A DNA stretch of 58,192 nucleotides from Thermoplasmatales archaeon (GCA_041305025.1 JBFYMG010000057.1:1-58192); one strand, 5' to 3'. Counted from the first letter of the stretch, positions 9,254 through 21,448 are shown. Translations and numbers: made by a program. Notes: a model not told the origin generated them from the letters alone.

Positions 9254-11605
9254 TTGAATCTAGAAAGTCTATTTGAAAAAAAGAATGTACCTTTTAATCT
9301 GCATGACGTAGATCTTTTTTCTGCTACAGACGAGCAACTCAAAGAAATCAGCAACAAGATGGGACTGGCACTCGCCCTTGATGAAATGAAACGTATAAAA
9401 AAATACTTCCAGGACAAAAACCGTTTACCAACTGAAGTAGAGTTGCAGGCACTTGGTCAGGCATGGTCTGAACATTGCTGTTATAAATCCTCAAAAATTC
9501 CATTGAAAAAATATATCTATGGCGTTGCAGAGGACAAAATTGCCGCTCGTGAAGACGCAGGCGTTATAGAGTTTGATGATGATTATTATTACTGCGTAAA
9601 ACTTGAATCACACAATCATCCTTCAGCAATTGAGCCATATGGTGGTGCTGCTACAGGCATTGGTGGAGTTGTTCGAGATGTAGTCTGCATGGGCTCTCAA
9701 CCAATCGCTTTTTTAGATCCTTTATTTTTTGGTCCTTTAGATTATCCGGTAGAAAAATTACCGAGAGGAGTAAAGCATCCTCGTTTTTTATTCAAAGGTG
9801 TTGTTGATGGCATACGTGATTATGGAAATCGAATCGGAATTCCGACACTAGCTGGGTCCGTATATTTCCATGAAGGCTACTTGGGCAACTGTCTTGTTAA
9901 CGTTGGCTGCATTGGAATACTTAAGAAAAGTGAACTTATCCACAGCAAAGCCAAAGCACCTGGAAACATCTATGTTTACGTTGGTGGGAAAACAGGCAGA
10001 GATGGAATTCATGGAGTAACCTTTGCATCAGCAGAGTTAACAGACGAGAGTGAGGAAAGCAGCAGATCGGCAGTACAAGTCGGAGATCCCATTACAAAAG
10101 AACCGGTCATTCATGCAACACTAGAATGCAACGGAAAAGGATTACTAGAGGGACTTAAGGATTTTGGTGGTGGCGGACTATCTTGTGTTTGCGGGGAACT
10201 AGCTTACGAAGCAGGTTTTGGAGCTGAAATAAATCTTGACGATGTACCATTAAAAGAAGAAGGGCTCTCACCATGGGAGATATGGGTGTCTGAAAGCCAA
10301 GAACGAATGATGCTCATGGTTGATCCGAAAAACGTTGAAAAAGTGCTTCACATCTGCAAACAATGGGATGTTGCCGCAGTACCAATTGGTAAAGTAATAA
10401 AAGAAAAAATAACGCGTGTTTTTTACAAAGGAAACAAAATTCTTGAGATGGATATGGACTTTTTAACTGGTGGTCCTGTCTACGATAGTTGCATTAGACC
10501 GGTTGTTCTACCAAAACCAGATGAAAAAGAAAAAGATTTTACAATGCCTGATCCAAACAGTATGTTAAAGAAGCTGCTTAGTTCACCAAACATTGCATCA
10601 AAAGAATGGGTGATACGTCAATATGATCATGAGGTACGAGGTAACACAGTAATTAAACCGCTTCAAGGTAAAATAAGCACTGAGACGCACGGTGACGCGG
10701 CTGTCGTAAAACCTCTTGAGGGCTCTTTCAAAGGAATTGCAGTCACCGCTGATGTTAACCCAAGTTTCATGGAAAAAGATCCGTACTGGGGTGCATGTGC
10801 TGCGGTTGATGAAGTTTGCCGAAACCTTGTCTCAGTCGGTGCTAGACCTGATTCACTTTTAGATTGTTTAAATTTTGGAAATCCTGAAAAACCTGAGCGA
10901 ATGGGAGAGTTTTATGAAGCTTGTCGAGGACTAGGCGATATGGCAAAACCACTTCACATGCCGTTTGCATCTGGAAATGTGAGTTTTTATAACGAATCCC
11001 TTGCATCATCTGTTCCACCAACGCCTGAACTCATGGGAATTGGCATAGTGCCTGATATCAGAAAGTGTGTTACTGTTGATTTCAAAGAAAAAGGAAATCC
11101 GACATACTTGGTTGGAAAGGCAACCGAGAAAGAACTGGGTGGCTCTGAGTATTATAAAATGCAAGGAGTTGGCGGTGGAAAGGTTCCGCGCACAGATGTG
11201 AAACTATTGAAAAAATGTATAGATGGAATTCTATCTGCAATTGATAAGGCATACATTGCTTCATGCCATGATATAAGTGAAGGTGGATTAGCAGTCTGTC
11301 TTTCTGAAATGACAATCGGTGGAGATATTGGTGCAGAAATAGACATATCAAAAATAGGAGACAAGTTACGAACGGATTTCAAACTCTTTTCAGAATCAAA
11401 CACAAGATGGATCGTGGAAGTTAAAAAAGAAAAACAAAAAGATTTTGAAAAAATCCTGGAAAAGAAAAATACACCGTTTATACAAATCGGTGAAACCAAT
11501 GGAAAAAATCTAGTGATAAAAGACAACAAAAAAACAGTGGTTGATCTTGACGTAAAAGTTCTGCGAGACTGCTGGAAAAATCCAATCTGGAACATCATGG
11601 GTTAA
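9254..11605 (+). CDS. purL: Phosphoribosylformylglycinamidine synthase subunit PurL
   Basis: WSEHCCYKSS, KLESHNHPSAIEPYGGAATGIGG, DFGGGGL, SESQERM and SGNVSFYN motifs. Confidence 0.97.
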   Translation: MNLESLFEKKNVPFNLHDVDLFSATDEQLKEISNKMGLALALDEMKRIKKYFQDKNRLPTEVELQALGQAWSEHCCYKSSKIPLKKYIYGVAEDKIAAREDAGVIEFDDDYYYCVKLESHNHPSAIEPYGGAATGIGGVVRDVVCMGSQPIAFLDPLFFGPLDYPVEKLPRGVKHPRFLFKGVVDGIRDYGNRIGIPTLAGSVYFHEGYLGNCLVNVGCIGILKKSELIHSKAKAPGNIYVYVGGKTGRDGIHGVTFASAELTDESEESSRSAVQVGDPITKEPVIHATLECNGKGLLEGLKDFGGGGLSCVCGELAYEAGFGAEINLDDVPLKEEGLSPWEIWVSESQERMMLMVDPKNVEKVLHICKQWDVAAVPIGKVIKEKITRVFYKGNKILEMDMDFLTGGPVYDSCIRPVVLPKPDEKEKDFTMPDPNSMLKKLLSSPNIASKEWVIRQYDHEVRGNTVIKPLQGKISTETHGDAAVVKPLEGSFKGIAVTADVNPSFMEKDPYWGACAAVDEVCRNLVSVGARPDSLLDCLNFGNPEKPERMGEFYEACRGLGDMAKPLHMPFASGNVSFYNESLASSVPPTPELMGIGIVPDIRKCVTVDFKEKGNPTYLVGKATEKELGGSEYYKMQGVGGGKVPRTDVKLLKKCIDGILSAIDKAYIASCHDISEGGLAVCLSEMTIGGDIGAEIDISKIGDKLRTDFKLFSESNTRWIVEVKKEKQKDFEKILEKKNTPFIQIGETNGKNLVIKDNKKTVVDLDVKVLRDCWKNPIWNIMG

Positions 11606-11607
11606 TT

Positions 11608-11805
11608 TTGAATATTCTGAAAGCAAAATATGAATTGGAAGATAAAAGCAAGGTAATTGATCTTATGGCACAACAATATGAAAAAGAAATTCCCGAGCCA
11701 GAACTTCGTCCAGAATATATTGAAAAGATGAAGAAGAGACAGAAAGAAAAAACTATAGAAATTGGCAGTACAAAAGATTTTAAAAAGAGATATGGAATAA
11801 AATAA
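11608..11805 (+). CDS. DUF2683-like small protein (putative antitoxin-like), apparently 5'-truncated
   Basis: LNILKAKY-L-DKS..EPELRPEYIEK..K..IG....KKRYG matches my recollection of DUF2683. The usual first ~15 residues are missing and no toxin gene follows. Confidence 0.55.
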   Translation: MNILKAKYELEDKSKVIDLMAQQYEKEIPEPELRPEYIEKMKKRQKEKTIEIGSTKDFKKRYGIK

Positions 11806-11847
11806 GAACAAAAACATTAAATCAATGTAGAGAGATTGCTTCAACAA

Positions 11848-11903
11848 GTGATGACCGAACCCTTGCTGAGCCGAAAGGCCATGATGAAGATCTTGAGTGC
11901 TGA
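11848..11903 (+). ncRNA. Box C/D 2'-O-methylation guide sRNA
   Basis: C box GTGATGA (11848-54), 11-nt guide, D' CTGA (11866-69), GCC-GAAA-GGC hairpin spacer, C' ATGATGA (11881-87), 12-nt guide, D CTGA (11900-03). Canonical order and spacing, intergenic. Confidence 0.9.
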
Positions 11904-11911
11904 AAAACTAT

Positions 11912-12361
11912 TTAACAGATATGCTTAGCAAGCATATCTGCAATTTTTTCTAAAAAAAGAGCGTCTTGTTTACTAAAAGCATTTGAAACATCAGAATCTA
12001 TGTCGATTTCGCCAACAATTTTATTATTGCTCTTTATTGGTACAACTATTTCAGAATTTGTAGAAACAAAACACGCCAAATATCTGTTATCTTTATTTAC
12101 ATCTGGTATTAGCTCTGTTTTACCGCTTTGAGCCGCAGAACCACATATGCCTTTTCCAATTGTTATCTTCGTATGCTCTGTTGCATGATCTCCTCTCCAC
12201 GGGCCAAGTATCAAATCATTTCCTTTTACAATATAGATTCCTACCCAACTGTATCTCTCAAAATTTTCATACAAATAATTTACAACTTTTTGCAAAAGAT
12301 TAGAATTCTTACTATCTGCAATCATTTTTATAATTTCGCACTCTGCGACATCGTAATCCAA
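11912..12361 (-). CDS. msrC: GAF-domain protein, free methionine-(R)-sulfoxide reductase-like
   Basis: WVGIY..LILGPWRG..I.IGKGICG.AA..DV..D.RY.AC...TNSEIVVP..GEIDIDS. Confidence 0.8.
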   Translation of the reverse strand: MDYDVAECEIIKMIADSKNSNLLQKVVNYLYENFERYSWVGIYIVKGNDLILGPWRGDHATEHTKITIGKGICGSAAQSGKTELIPDVNKDNRYLACFVSTNSEIVVPIKSNNKIVGEIDIDSDVSNAFSKQDALFLEKIADMLAKHIC

Positions 12362-12375
12362 ACATCATCACATCC

Positions 12376-13605
12376 TTAGTAATCAAGAAGACTTTTTTGA
12401 GTGTCTTTCGGCTGTAAGGTAATTTTGGTATCTATTCCATCTCCAGGAAGTTCTATAGTTCCGTACTGCCCACCACCGCCTGGTCTGATGATTACTTTTT
12501 TTTCACGGAAGGCTTGTATTGCTTCAGTAATTGCTGGTGCAGTAAACTTTGCTATTTCGGAAATTTCGGCATCAATTAGTACATTTATCTCACTGCCAAA
12601 AACTGATATCAATTCATTCCATCGCGTAGATACCGCCCGTGTAAACGGAGTATGTTGACCGATAGCTTTTGTAATAATTTCAGATAAAGGAATTAAATGC
12701 ACATAAGGTGGTCTGTGATCTGGATGATGCGGTTCAAAAAAGTCGGCCATCTCATTGATTCGATCTTTTACGCCTTTTTTAATTTGTTTTCCGCAGCTAC
12801 ATCTCCATCTTCTCTTAATAGCCTCATCCAAAGTATAATGGGTGTAGCAGGAGAGGCATGCTGACTCGTGGTACTTGCCTTCTTGAGGTGGTAAACCAAC
12901 ATTAAGAACGGGCTTATTTCCACCAACTCTCAAAATTGCTTTTTTAATTTCATTAAATGTAGCATCTTTTAATTCAAAACGAGTAAATTCACGAGCGAGA
13001 CGAACAGGGTGGGGGCTATGTGAGTCAGAGTTTGTTAAAAATGTGAGTCGATTTAACTCTTGTATCTTATCAGCAAAATCAGTATCAGCAGATAGTCCCA
13101 GTTCTACAAATGAAACATAGTCTGCCAGATCACCATAGCAATCTTTCAAAGAATCATGATACGCATATATCGCAGTCCATGGTGTGAAAGCGTGAGCTGG
13201 ACCTATAAGAGCATCAACGTCTTTAGCAATGGATGCGAGTTCTTCACCGCCCATGTTCACATTGGGTCGTCCATCAGTCTCAATATTTTTTGATTTAGAT
13301 TTTATCCTCTCTTTGAAAGTTTCAACTGCAGAAATGCTTGGGAAATAGAACAAGTGATGTACACGCATCTGGTCCTCAATTTCAGTACTTAAAATGAATC
13401 GTGTGCCGTTGAGCTCAAACGTTCCCTCATCGACAACAGCACAAGATTTTATCTCTTTCATCCATCCGCTGTGAAGACAGTCACCCGTAGCAACAATTTG
13501 AATCCCCTTTCGTGGAGACTCCACAGAAAGAGTATCAATACTCATCTTGTCGCTGGTAGCACCGGAGAATCTGGAATGAATATGAAGATCGGCATTCACC
13601 AGCAT
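12376..13605 (-). CDS. Endonuclease Q family (PHP domain, TIGR00375-like) DNA repair protein
   Basis: ADLHIHSRFS, GPAHAFTP, ELGLSAD, TNSDSHS, GKYH..C..C..C.CG zinc finger, GGGGQYG. Confidence 0.9.
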   Translation of the reverse strand: MLVNADLHIHSRFSGATSDKMSIDTLSVESPRKGIQIVATGDCLHSGWMKEIKSCAVVDEGTFELNGTRFILSTEIEDQMRVHHLFYFPSISAVETFKERIKSKSKNIETDGRPNVNMGGEELASIAKDVDALIGPAHAFTPWTAIYAYHDSLKDCYGDLADYVSFVELGLSADTDFADKIQELNRLTFLTNSDSHSPHPVRLAREFTRFELKDATFNEIKKAILRVGGNKPVLNVGLPPQEGKYHESACLSCYTHYTLDEAIKRRWRCSCGKQIKKGVKDRINEMADFFEPHHPDHRPPYVHLIPLSEIITKAIGQHTPFTRAVSTRWNELISVFGSEINVLIDAEISEIAKFTAPAITEAIQAFREKKVIIRPGGGGQYGTIELPGDGIDTKITLQPKDTQKSLLDY

Positions 13606-13626
13606 GGCATTCCTTTCTTACGTTGC

Positions 13627-15387
13627 TTACTCTTTTTTTTGTTCTTCTGCTGGCACTGGGGTTTTTGGTTTTTTATTCTTTTTTTGTTTCTCAAACTGCC
13701 TCTGTTCAAAGAACGTACTTCTAGCAACCAATTCCAGTACACCTGCGACAATAACGATAATACCGGCAAACAGGAGTAGGTAAAGTCCCAACCCAAATCC
13801 CCACTTGAGGTACACCTGGCCGCCAGCAACATCCTGGATTAACACAGTTTTTTCGCCACCGAAAGGAGCAGATGCCATAGCATTCACTGTGCTACTTAGC
13901 TCAAACTCCCCGGTAGAACCACTGGGGACCATCAAAGGAATGATACTAGCTAAAACCATAACCACGACAAATACGGCAATAAACGGGACAAGGAGACGCA
14001 CGCCACGTCCAATGTACTTCCGACCAAGTTTTTTACTCTGTGCGATACCAACAGTAGCAAGAATAAGAAATACGAGACTGATTGCAATCAAGAGGGAAAA
14101 TGGAAGCGAAAATGATCCCATGGGAGTGGGACCGCTACTTTCAGGAAGAGTTACTTGAACTCCTTGTAACCCATCAATCTTAAGTAAATCCGTTAGTCCT
14201 ATTCTTGAAGAGGTTGAAGTTGTAACATTCACCGAAACAGCATACCATGGAAGTAACAATCCGACAACAGCAAGAATTAAACCAACAATACAAAGGATGT
14301 TGCCGATGCTTTTCGCGTTTACGCCATCGATGTAAAGCATGGAGACGATCCGAGGACCAAGACCGTACCGCTTATATCGACGATAGATTAAGAAGATGGT
14401 AACAAGAAGCGTTAATGTGGTAAGAATTACAAAAAGCATGATAAAGTTATACATCAACCACTCTACTAAAAAGAGGTTGTCATTGGCTTGAGGCAGTGCT
14501 TCACCCCATTGAAGTGGGGAGTTCCACATATTACCGCTCTCCCTAAACTGTGGGCCTTCAGGACCAGCTTCCCCCAGAATAGACGATTGCACTGCTTGTT
14601 CTGTGCCATCGCCAGCTTCGCCCCAACGTCCGCCAAAATTGAGCCACGCTTGTGATTCAAGAATTTCTAAATTATATTCCGCTGGTTTGAGAACGAGCCC
14701 ATTATTACCAACATGGTCACTGGCAATTCCAAGCATTCCGGAGTAAGACCTAAGATAGTTTGCATGGCTGCCTCGTGCAACATACACTTTAAAGTTGTCC
14801 CCTTCTCGATCCGCCTGATTCCACGTCGCCCTTTGTCCAGAGTGGTGTTGACTGTACATAACTTCAACAGGTTGCCCGTTTGAGAGAAGGACCTGGACCA
14901 TTTCCCAATCGCCTTCATGCTTGTTTAAATCTCCATCATTAAACGCATAAAAGAACCAGTATTGAATGACGCTGTTGGCGTTATCTACATGAGCATAAAC
15001 TGTATACCCAAGCGCCCCCATCTTGCTTTGATAATCAGCTATGATGCTGTCATCTTTCACGGTTCCTATCTGGTTATCAAGGTAGTAATCAGCAGTCGCA
15101 TACGCTGCAATAAACGATGCATCTGGAGATGTAGAAATCGGTACCTGGCCATCAACCTGATAAAGGTATGAATTATCAAGTGCATACGAGACATCAACTG
15201 GATAGCATTTCTCATTCTGTTCAAAATATAGTATTGGTGCATATTGCTGCGCAAGATCTGCATCAGCTGCACTTGCAACATTACCAAAACTTGTACAAAC
15301 AAGCATTCCTACAAATAGCATTAAAATAAATGCGGCTGTCTTCTGCTTCATATATCTTTTTCGAGAACTAATTAATGATTTTACCAT
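13627..15387 (-). CDS. Membrane protein with an extracellular Vps62/DUF946-like domain and C-terminal TM helices
   Basis: Signal peptide; YAPILYF, IQYWFFYAFND, HEGDWE, YSQH, VARGSHANY, FGGRWG and GPEGP motifs; about 4 hydrophobic helices. Confidence 0.75.
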   Translation of the reverse strand: MVKSLISSRKRYMKQKTAAFILMLFVGMLVCTSFGNVASAADADLAQQYAPILYFEQNEKCYPVDVSYALDNSYLYQVDGQVPISTSPDASFIAAYATADYYLDNQIGTVKDDSIIADYQSKMGALGYTVYAHVDNANSVIQYWFFYAFNDGDLNKHEGDWEMVQVLLSNGQPVEVMYSQHHSGQRATWNQADREGDNFKVYVARGSHANYLRSYSGMLGIASDHVGNNGLVLKPAEYNLEILESQAWLNFGGRWGEAGDGTEQAVQSSILGEAGPEGPQFRESGNMWNSPLQWGEALPQANDNLFLVEWLMYNFIMLFVILTTLTLLVTIFLIYRRYKRYGLGPRIVSMLYIDGVNAKSIGNILCIVGLILAVVGLLLPWYAVSVNVTTSTSSRIGLTDLLKIDGLQGVQVTLPESSGPTPMGSFSLPFSLLIAISLVFLILATVGIAQSKKLGRKYIGRGVRLLVPFIAVFVVVMVLASIIPLMVPSGSTGEFELSSTVNAMASAPFGGEKTVLIQDVAGGQVYLKWGFGLGLYLLLFAGIIVIVAGVLELVARSTFFEQRQFEKQKKNKKPKTPVPAEEQKKE

Positions 15388-15495
15388 TATATTGCCTCCA
15401 CCCCATACGATATTCCAATAGGTTATTTAACCCTTCTTAAAAAATCAGTGTTTTCTCCATATATAGTAACATTTATTAGGCGCTACTCCATATGA

Positions 15496-17730
<2,235 letters not shown>

Positions 17731-17741
17731 GGTGATGAAAG

Positions 17742-20207
17742 ATGGCTGAGATTAATAAGAAAAACGACCAACCACGCGATATTAACGAGGAAATGAAACG
17801 TGCTTTTATTGATTATTCCATGAGTGTGATTATGAGCCGGGCTCTTCCGGATATTCGTGATGGGTTAAAACCGGTTCATCGAAGAATTTTACATGCGATG
17901 AACGAAATGGGAATGGGCTATGAGAAATCATATAAGAAATCTGCTAGAGTAGTTGGAGAAGTGCTCGGTAAGTACCACCCGCATGGTGACCAAGCTGTGT
18001 ATGATTCGCTAGTTCGAATGGCTCAGGATTTCTCCTTACGATATCCATTGATTGCTGGTCAAGGTAATTTTGGTTCGGTTGATGGGGATTCCGCTGCTGC
18101 CATGAGATATACAGAAACAAAAATGGCAAAGATCACAAAACTGATGCTGCAGGATATCGAAAAAGAGACAGTGGAATGGCGTGATAATTTTGATGGCACC
18201 TTAAAAGAACCTGAGGTTCTTCCAGCGAGCTTACCAAATCTTCTCGTAAATGGATCATCCGGTATCGCGGTTGGTATGGCCACTAACATGGCACCCCACA
18301 ACATCTCCGAGGTTATTGATGGCATCATCCGAATGATCGATACCCCTGAGGTCTCAACAACAGAGTTAATGGATATCATCAAAGGCCCTGATTTTCCCAC
18401 GGGTGGAATTATCTATGGTCGTGGTGGAATCCTTTCTGCATATTCCACGGGACGCGGCTCACTTGTTGTCCGTGCGAAAACTTCCATTGAGGAAGGCGAA
18501 CAAAAAAATAAAATCATTGTTCATGAGCTGCCGTATCAGGTTAATAAATCTGTTCTTCTGCAAACAATCGCTGAGCTTGTCAAAGATAAGAAAATCGAGG
18601 GCATTTCTGATCTTCGTGATGAAAGTGATAGAAAAGGCATGCGTATTGTCATTGAGCTGAAACGAGACGCTATCGATGATGTTGTGTTGAATCAGTTGTT
18701 TGAACATACTGAGTTACAATCTTCATTTGGTGTGTTGAATCTTGCGATTGTCAAAGGCGAGCCAAAGGTTCTGATGCTCAAAGAAATCATTCAGCACTAC
18801 ATTGAGTATCGGATTGAAATTATCACCCGGCGAACAACATATGATCTGAAGAAAGCCAAAGAGAAAATGCATATCCTGGAAGGCCTTGTGATCGCCCTGA
18901 AGAATATCGATGAAGTCATTAAGATCATCCGGCAGAGCAAAGAAGTTGATGAAGCAAAAGATCGGTTGATGAAACGCTTTAAGCTATCTGAAATCCAAGC
19001 AAAAGCAATTCTTGACATGAGATTACAGAAATTGACTGGAATGGAGATAGAATCATTAGAAAAGGAGTACGAAGAGACAAAACAACTCATTGAACAATTG
19101 GAAATTTTACTTCATGACAAACAGAAAATATTGGCCGAAATTAAAAGAGAATTGCTAGAATTAAAAGAGAAGTTCGGTGACGCAAGGAGAACACAAATCG
19201 TAGAAGGAGAAGTAGGCATTGAAATAGAAGATCTTATACCAAAACAAGAAGTCGTCGTAACAATTACTGACAGTAGTTACATAAAACGTATTCCGGTCGA
19301 AACATACCGAACGCAACATCGTGGCGGAAAAGGACTCATGGGCATGGAAACGAAAGAAGAAGACATCGTTGTTGACTCATTCATCACTTCAACACACGAC
19401 TACATCATGTTTTTCACAAATTACGGTAGAGTTTACTGGTTGAAAGGATACAAAATCCCTGAGGGGAGCAGACATGCCAAAGGTAAAGCAATAATAAACT
19501 TACTACCGCGACTGGAAGAGGGAGAATACGTCGAAACAGCCATACCAATCCACGAGTTTGACGATAAACACTACCTTGTTTTTGTAACCAAGAAAGGCAT
19601 AATCAAAAAAACCACCCTTTCAGAGTATGGCAATATCCGAGTCAACGGAATCCGAGCGATTAATCTAGAGGAGGGCGACGAATTAATTAGTACCAAACTA
19701 TCAAATGGAGACCAGATCATTATGATTGCAACTGCAAACGGCCAAGCATGCAGATTCAATGAAACAGAAGCACGATCCATGGGACGAGTGACACATGGAG
19801 TTATAGGAATAAGACTCAATAAAGGAGATAAAGTCGTCTCCATGGAAATTGTTGAAAAAGACGGAGGAGATTTGCTAACAATTACTGAAAACGGCTTTGG
19901 AAAACGATCTGCAATCCAAGACTATCGGATGACACATAGAGGCAGCAAAGGCGTAAAAACAATTGTCACAAATAAACGAAATGGACAAGTCATATTTGTA
20001 CGAGAAGTCACTGATGCTGATGAAATTATGTTAACGAGCAAGAACGGCATGATGGTACGGGTTCCCGTTAAGGACATCAGGAAGCAGGGCAGAAACACCA
20101 TGGGCGTAAGAATTATGAGGCTTAACGAAGGAGATAGAGTAGTTTCAGTTGCAAAAATAATAGAAACAGCAGACGATAATAAAAATGAGGAGAATATTGA
20201 AGGTTAG
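17742..20207 (+). CDS. gyrA: DNA gyrase subunit A
   Basis: [31 protein letters not shown] (catalytic Tyr), GyrA-box QHRGGKG and C-terminal pinwheel repeats. Confidence 0.97.
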   Translation: MAEINKKNDQPRDINEEMKRAFIDYSMSVIMSRALPDIRDGLKPVHRRILHAMNEMGMGYEKSYKKSARVVGEVLGKYHPHGDQAVYDSLVRMAQDFSLRYPLIAGQGNFGSVDGDSAAAMRYTETKMAKITKLMLQDIEKETVEWRDNFDGTLKEPEVLPASLPNLLVNGSSGIAVGMATNMAPHNISEVIDGIIRMIDTPEVSTTELMDIIKGPDFPTGGIIYGRGGILSAYSTGRGSLVVRAKTSIEEGEQKNKIIVHELPYQVNKSVLLQTIAELVKDKKIEGISDLRDESDRKGMRIVIELKRDAIDDVVLNQLFEHTELQSSFGVLNLAIVKGEPKVLMLKEIIQHYIEYRIEIITRRTTYDLKKAKEKMHILEGLVIALKNIDEVIKIIRQSKEVDEAKDRLMKRFKLSEIQAKAILDMRLQKLTGMEIESLEKEYEETKQLIEQLEILLHDKQKILAEIKRELLELKEKFGDARRTQIVEGEVGIEIEDLIPKQEVVVTITDSSYIKRIPVETYRTQHRGGKGLMGMETKEEDIVVDSFITSTHDYIMFFTNYGRVYWLKGYKIPEGSRHAKGKAIINLLPRLEEGEYVETAIPIHEFDDKHYLVFVTKKGIIKKTTLSEYGNIRVNGIRAINLEEGDELISTKLSNGDQIIMIATANGQACRFNETEARSMGRVTHGVIGIRLNKGDKVVSMEIVEKDGGDLLTITENGFGKRSAIQDYRMTHRGSKGVKTIVTNKRNGQVIFVREVTDADEIMLTSKNGMMVRVPVKDIRKQGRNTMGVRIMRLNEGDRVVSVAKIIETADDNKNEENIEG

Positions 20208-20381
20208 ATAATTTATCAATGATTCGCTGAAGAATCATTTAATAGCTTTTATTATTTTTAACTTTATTTATCATGGTCACAATAAATAGAATGTTTACCA
20301 AAGACCATTACAATAAAGTTGATGCTCTTTGCTTTAAAAAAACAAGCGTTCTCATTAAAAGTTATGTTGGTAAATGTTAAT

Positions 20382-20948
20382 TCAGTATTTTTTAAAGCCA
20401 ATCCAACGTGGAGTTTTCTTCGTATAATTTTTGTATTTTTCGCCATATTTTTCAAGGCAAAATTTTTCTTCGTATTTAACAAATAAAACTATAATTATCA
20501 TATAGACAAACGTTATTATTAGAAAAATCCAGGAGTTTGATATCAATCCTATTCCAATATACGCAAAGAAAAATGAGAGATACATCGGATTTCTTGAGTG
20601 TTTATACATACCTGTCGTCACAAGTTCATCTGCCGGTGTTTTTATCCAGCTTATACAAGCACTGCTAACAATAATTATTCCGATAGCCCATAAAACAATT
20701 CCTAAATAGAAAAAAATCGAATCAAAAACTATTGGTAAGAAAAAACTTAAAATAATTGCAAGTATAAAAAAAATTGAGGAAAGGTCATATATAAATCTAA
20801 AAAAACCATCTCTTTTAATTTTTTTTTTGGATGAATCTTCTGGCCTATTCTTTTTTTTATAAACAAAAGGAAGAATTGTTATTATAAGATAAACTATGAG
20901 CAAGATATATGCGTTTATTAAACCTAATTCAAAGTTATTATATATCAA
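20382..20948 (-). CDS. ICMT/PEMT-family membrane methyltransferase
   Basis: LVTTGMYKHSRNPMY and EE..C...YG..Y..Y...TPRW motifs, multiple TM helices, TTG start after aaggtt. Confidence 0.88.
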   Translation of the reverse strand: MIYNNFELGLINAYILLIVYLIITILPFVYKKKNRPEDSSKKKIKRDGFFRFIYDLSSIFFILAIILSFFLPIVFDSIFFYLGIVLWAIGIIIVSSACISWIKTPADELVTTGMYKHSRNPMYLSFFFAYIGIGLISNSWIFLIITFVYMIIIVLFVKYEEKFCLEKYGEKYKNYTKKTPRWIGFKKY

Positions 20949-21310
20949 TTTTTAACCTTGCTTTATTTTTTATATATTTTGTTTTCCCCAGCATATACTA
21001 ACGTTAATTATAAATAATTACCCTTTCAGCATCTCCTAAAATTATTTCTGTTTCATTTTTTATAAAATCCTTTGTAAAAAATTTACAGTTTTTATAAAAT
21101 ACAACTTTATCTGATTCATATACTGGTTTTTCATATCGAATTTTTTAGTTTAATCATTAACGGGTATTCTTCCAATTTATTTAGAACAACCTGCAATAAA
21201 CCCTTTTGTTTTTTGTCTTTATTGAAAAAAGGAGTGAAAATAAAAAAAAGTAAGATTATTTTTGATACGGTTAAATAAAGAAATAAATTAGAGTTGTTTT
21301 TTATTTTCAA

Positions 21311-21337
21311 CCAGTTGGTTAGCAATTACCCAACTGG
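21311..21337 (-). terminator. 8-bp stem-loop overlapping the stop codon of the precursor ORF (terminator or stabiliser)
   Basis: ccagttgg (21311-18) is the exact reverse complement of ccaactgg (21330-37), with an 11-nt loop. Confidence 0.5.
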
Positions 21338-21412
21338 ACACTCTGGAACATGTAGAGATCCGTATGTTATTTCCTTATTTACAGATTTCATTTTTGGTTT
21401 CGTGTATTTCAT
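21326..21412 (-). CDS. Putative RiPP precursor peptide, 28 aa: MKYTKPKMKSVNKEITYGSLHVPECPVG
   Basis: Manual translation. SD-like aggttgat just upstream, own BRE/TATA, YxxP motif in a Lys-rich leader, and location inside the rSAM/PqqD cluster. Confidence 0.8.
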   Translation of the reverse strand: MKYTKPKMKSVNKEITYGSLHVPECPVG

Positions 21413-21448
21413 TTTTTATCAACCTTATTAATTTTATATGTTTTTCTT

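Noticed and set aside
20264-20482. 72-aa minus-strand ORF after gyrA
   Set aside because: It overlaps the ICMT gene end, has a low-complexity AT-rich composition and no motif.
21004-21157. Possible second YxxP peptide (MIKLK/IRYEKPVYESDK..IIYN)
   Set aside because: It needs a frameshift in an A6 run to join the ATG to the YEKP frame, and the rest does not resemble the first precursor. Worth rechecking only if reads show an indel.
21131-21325. 64-aa track ORF as the RiPP precursor
   Set aside because: TTG start with no SD and AT-driven composition. The 28-aa ORF upstream has promoter, SD and YxxP support.
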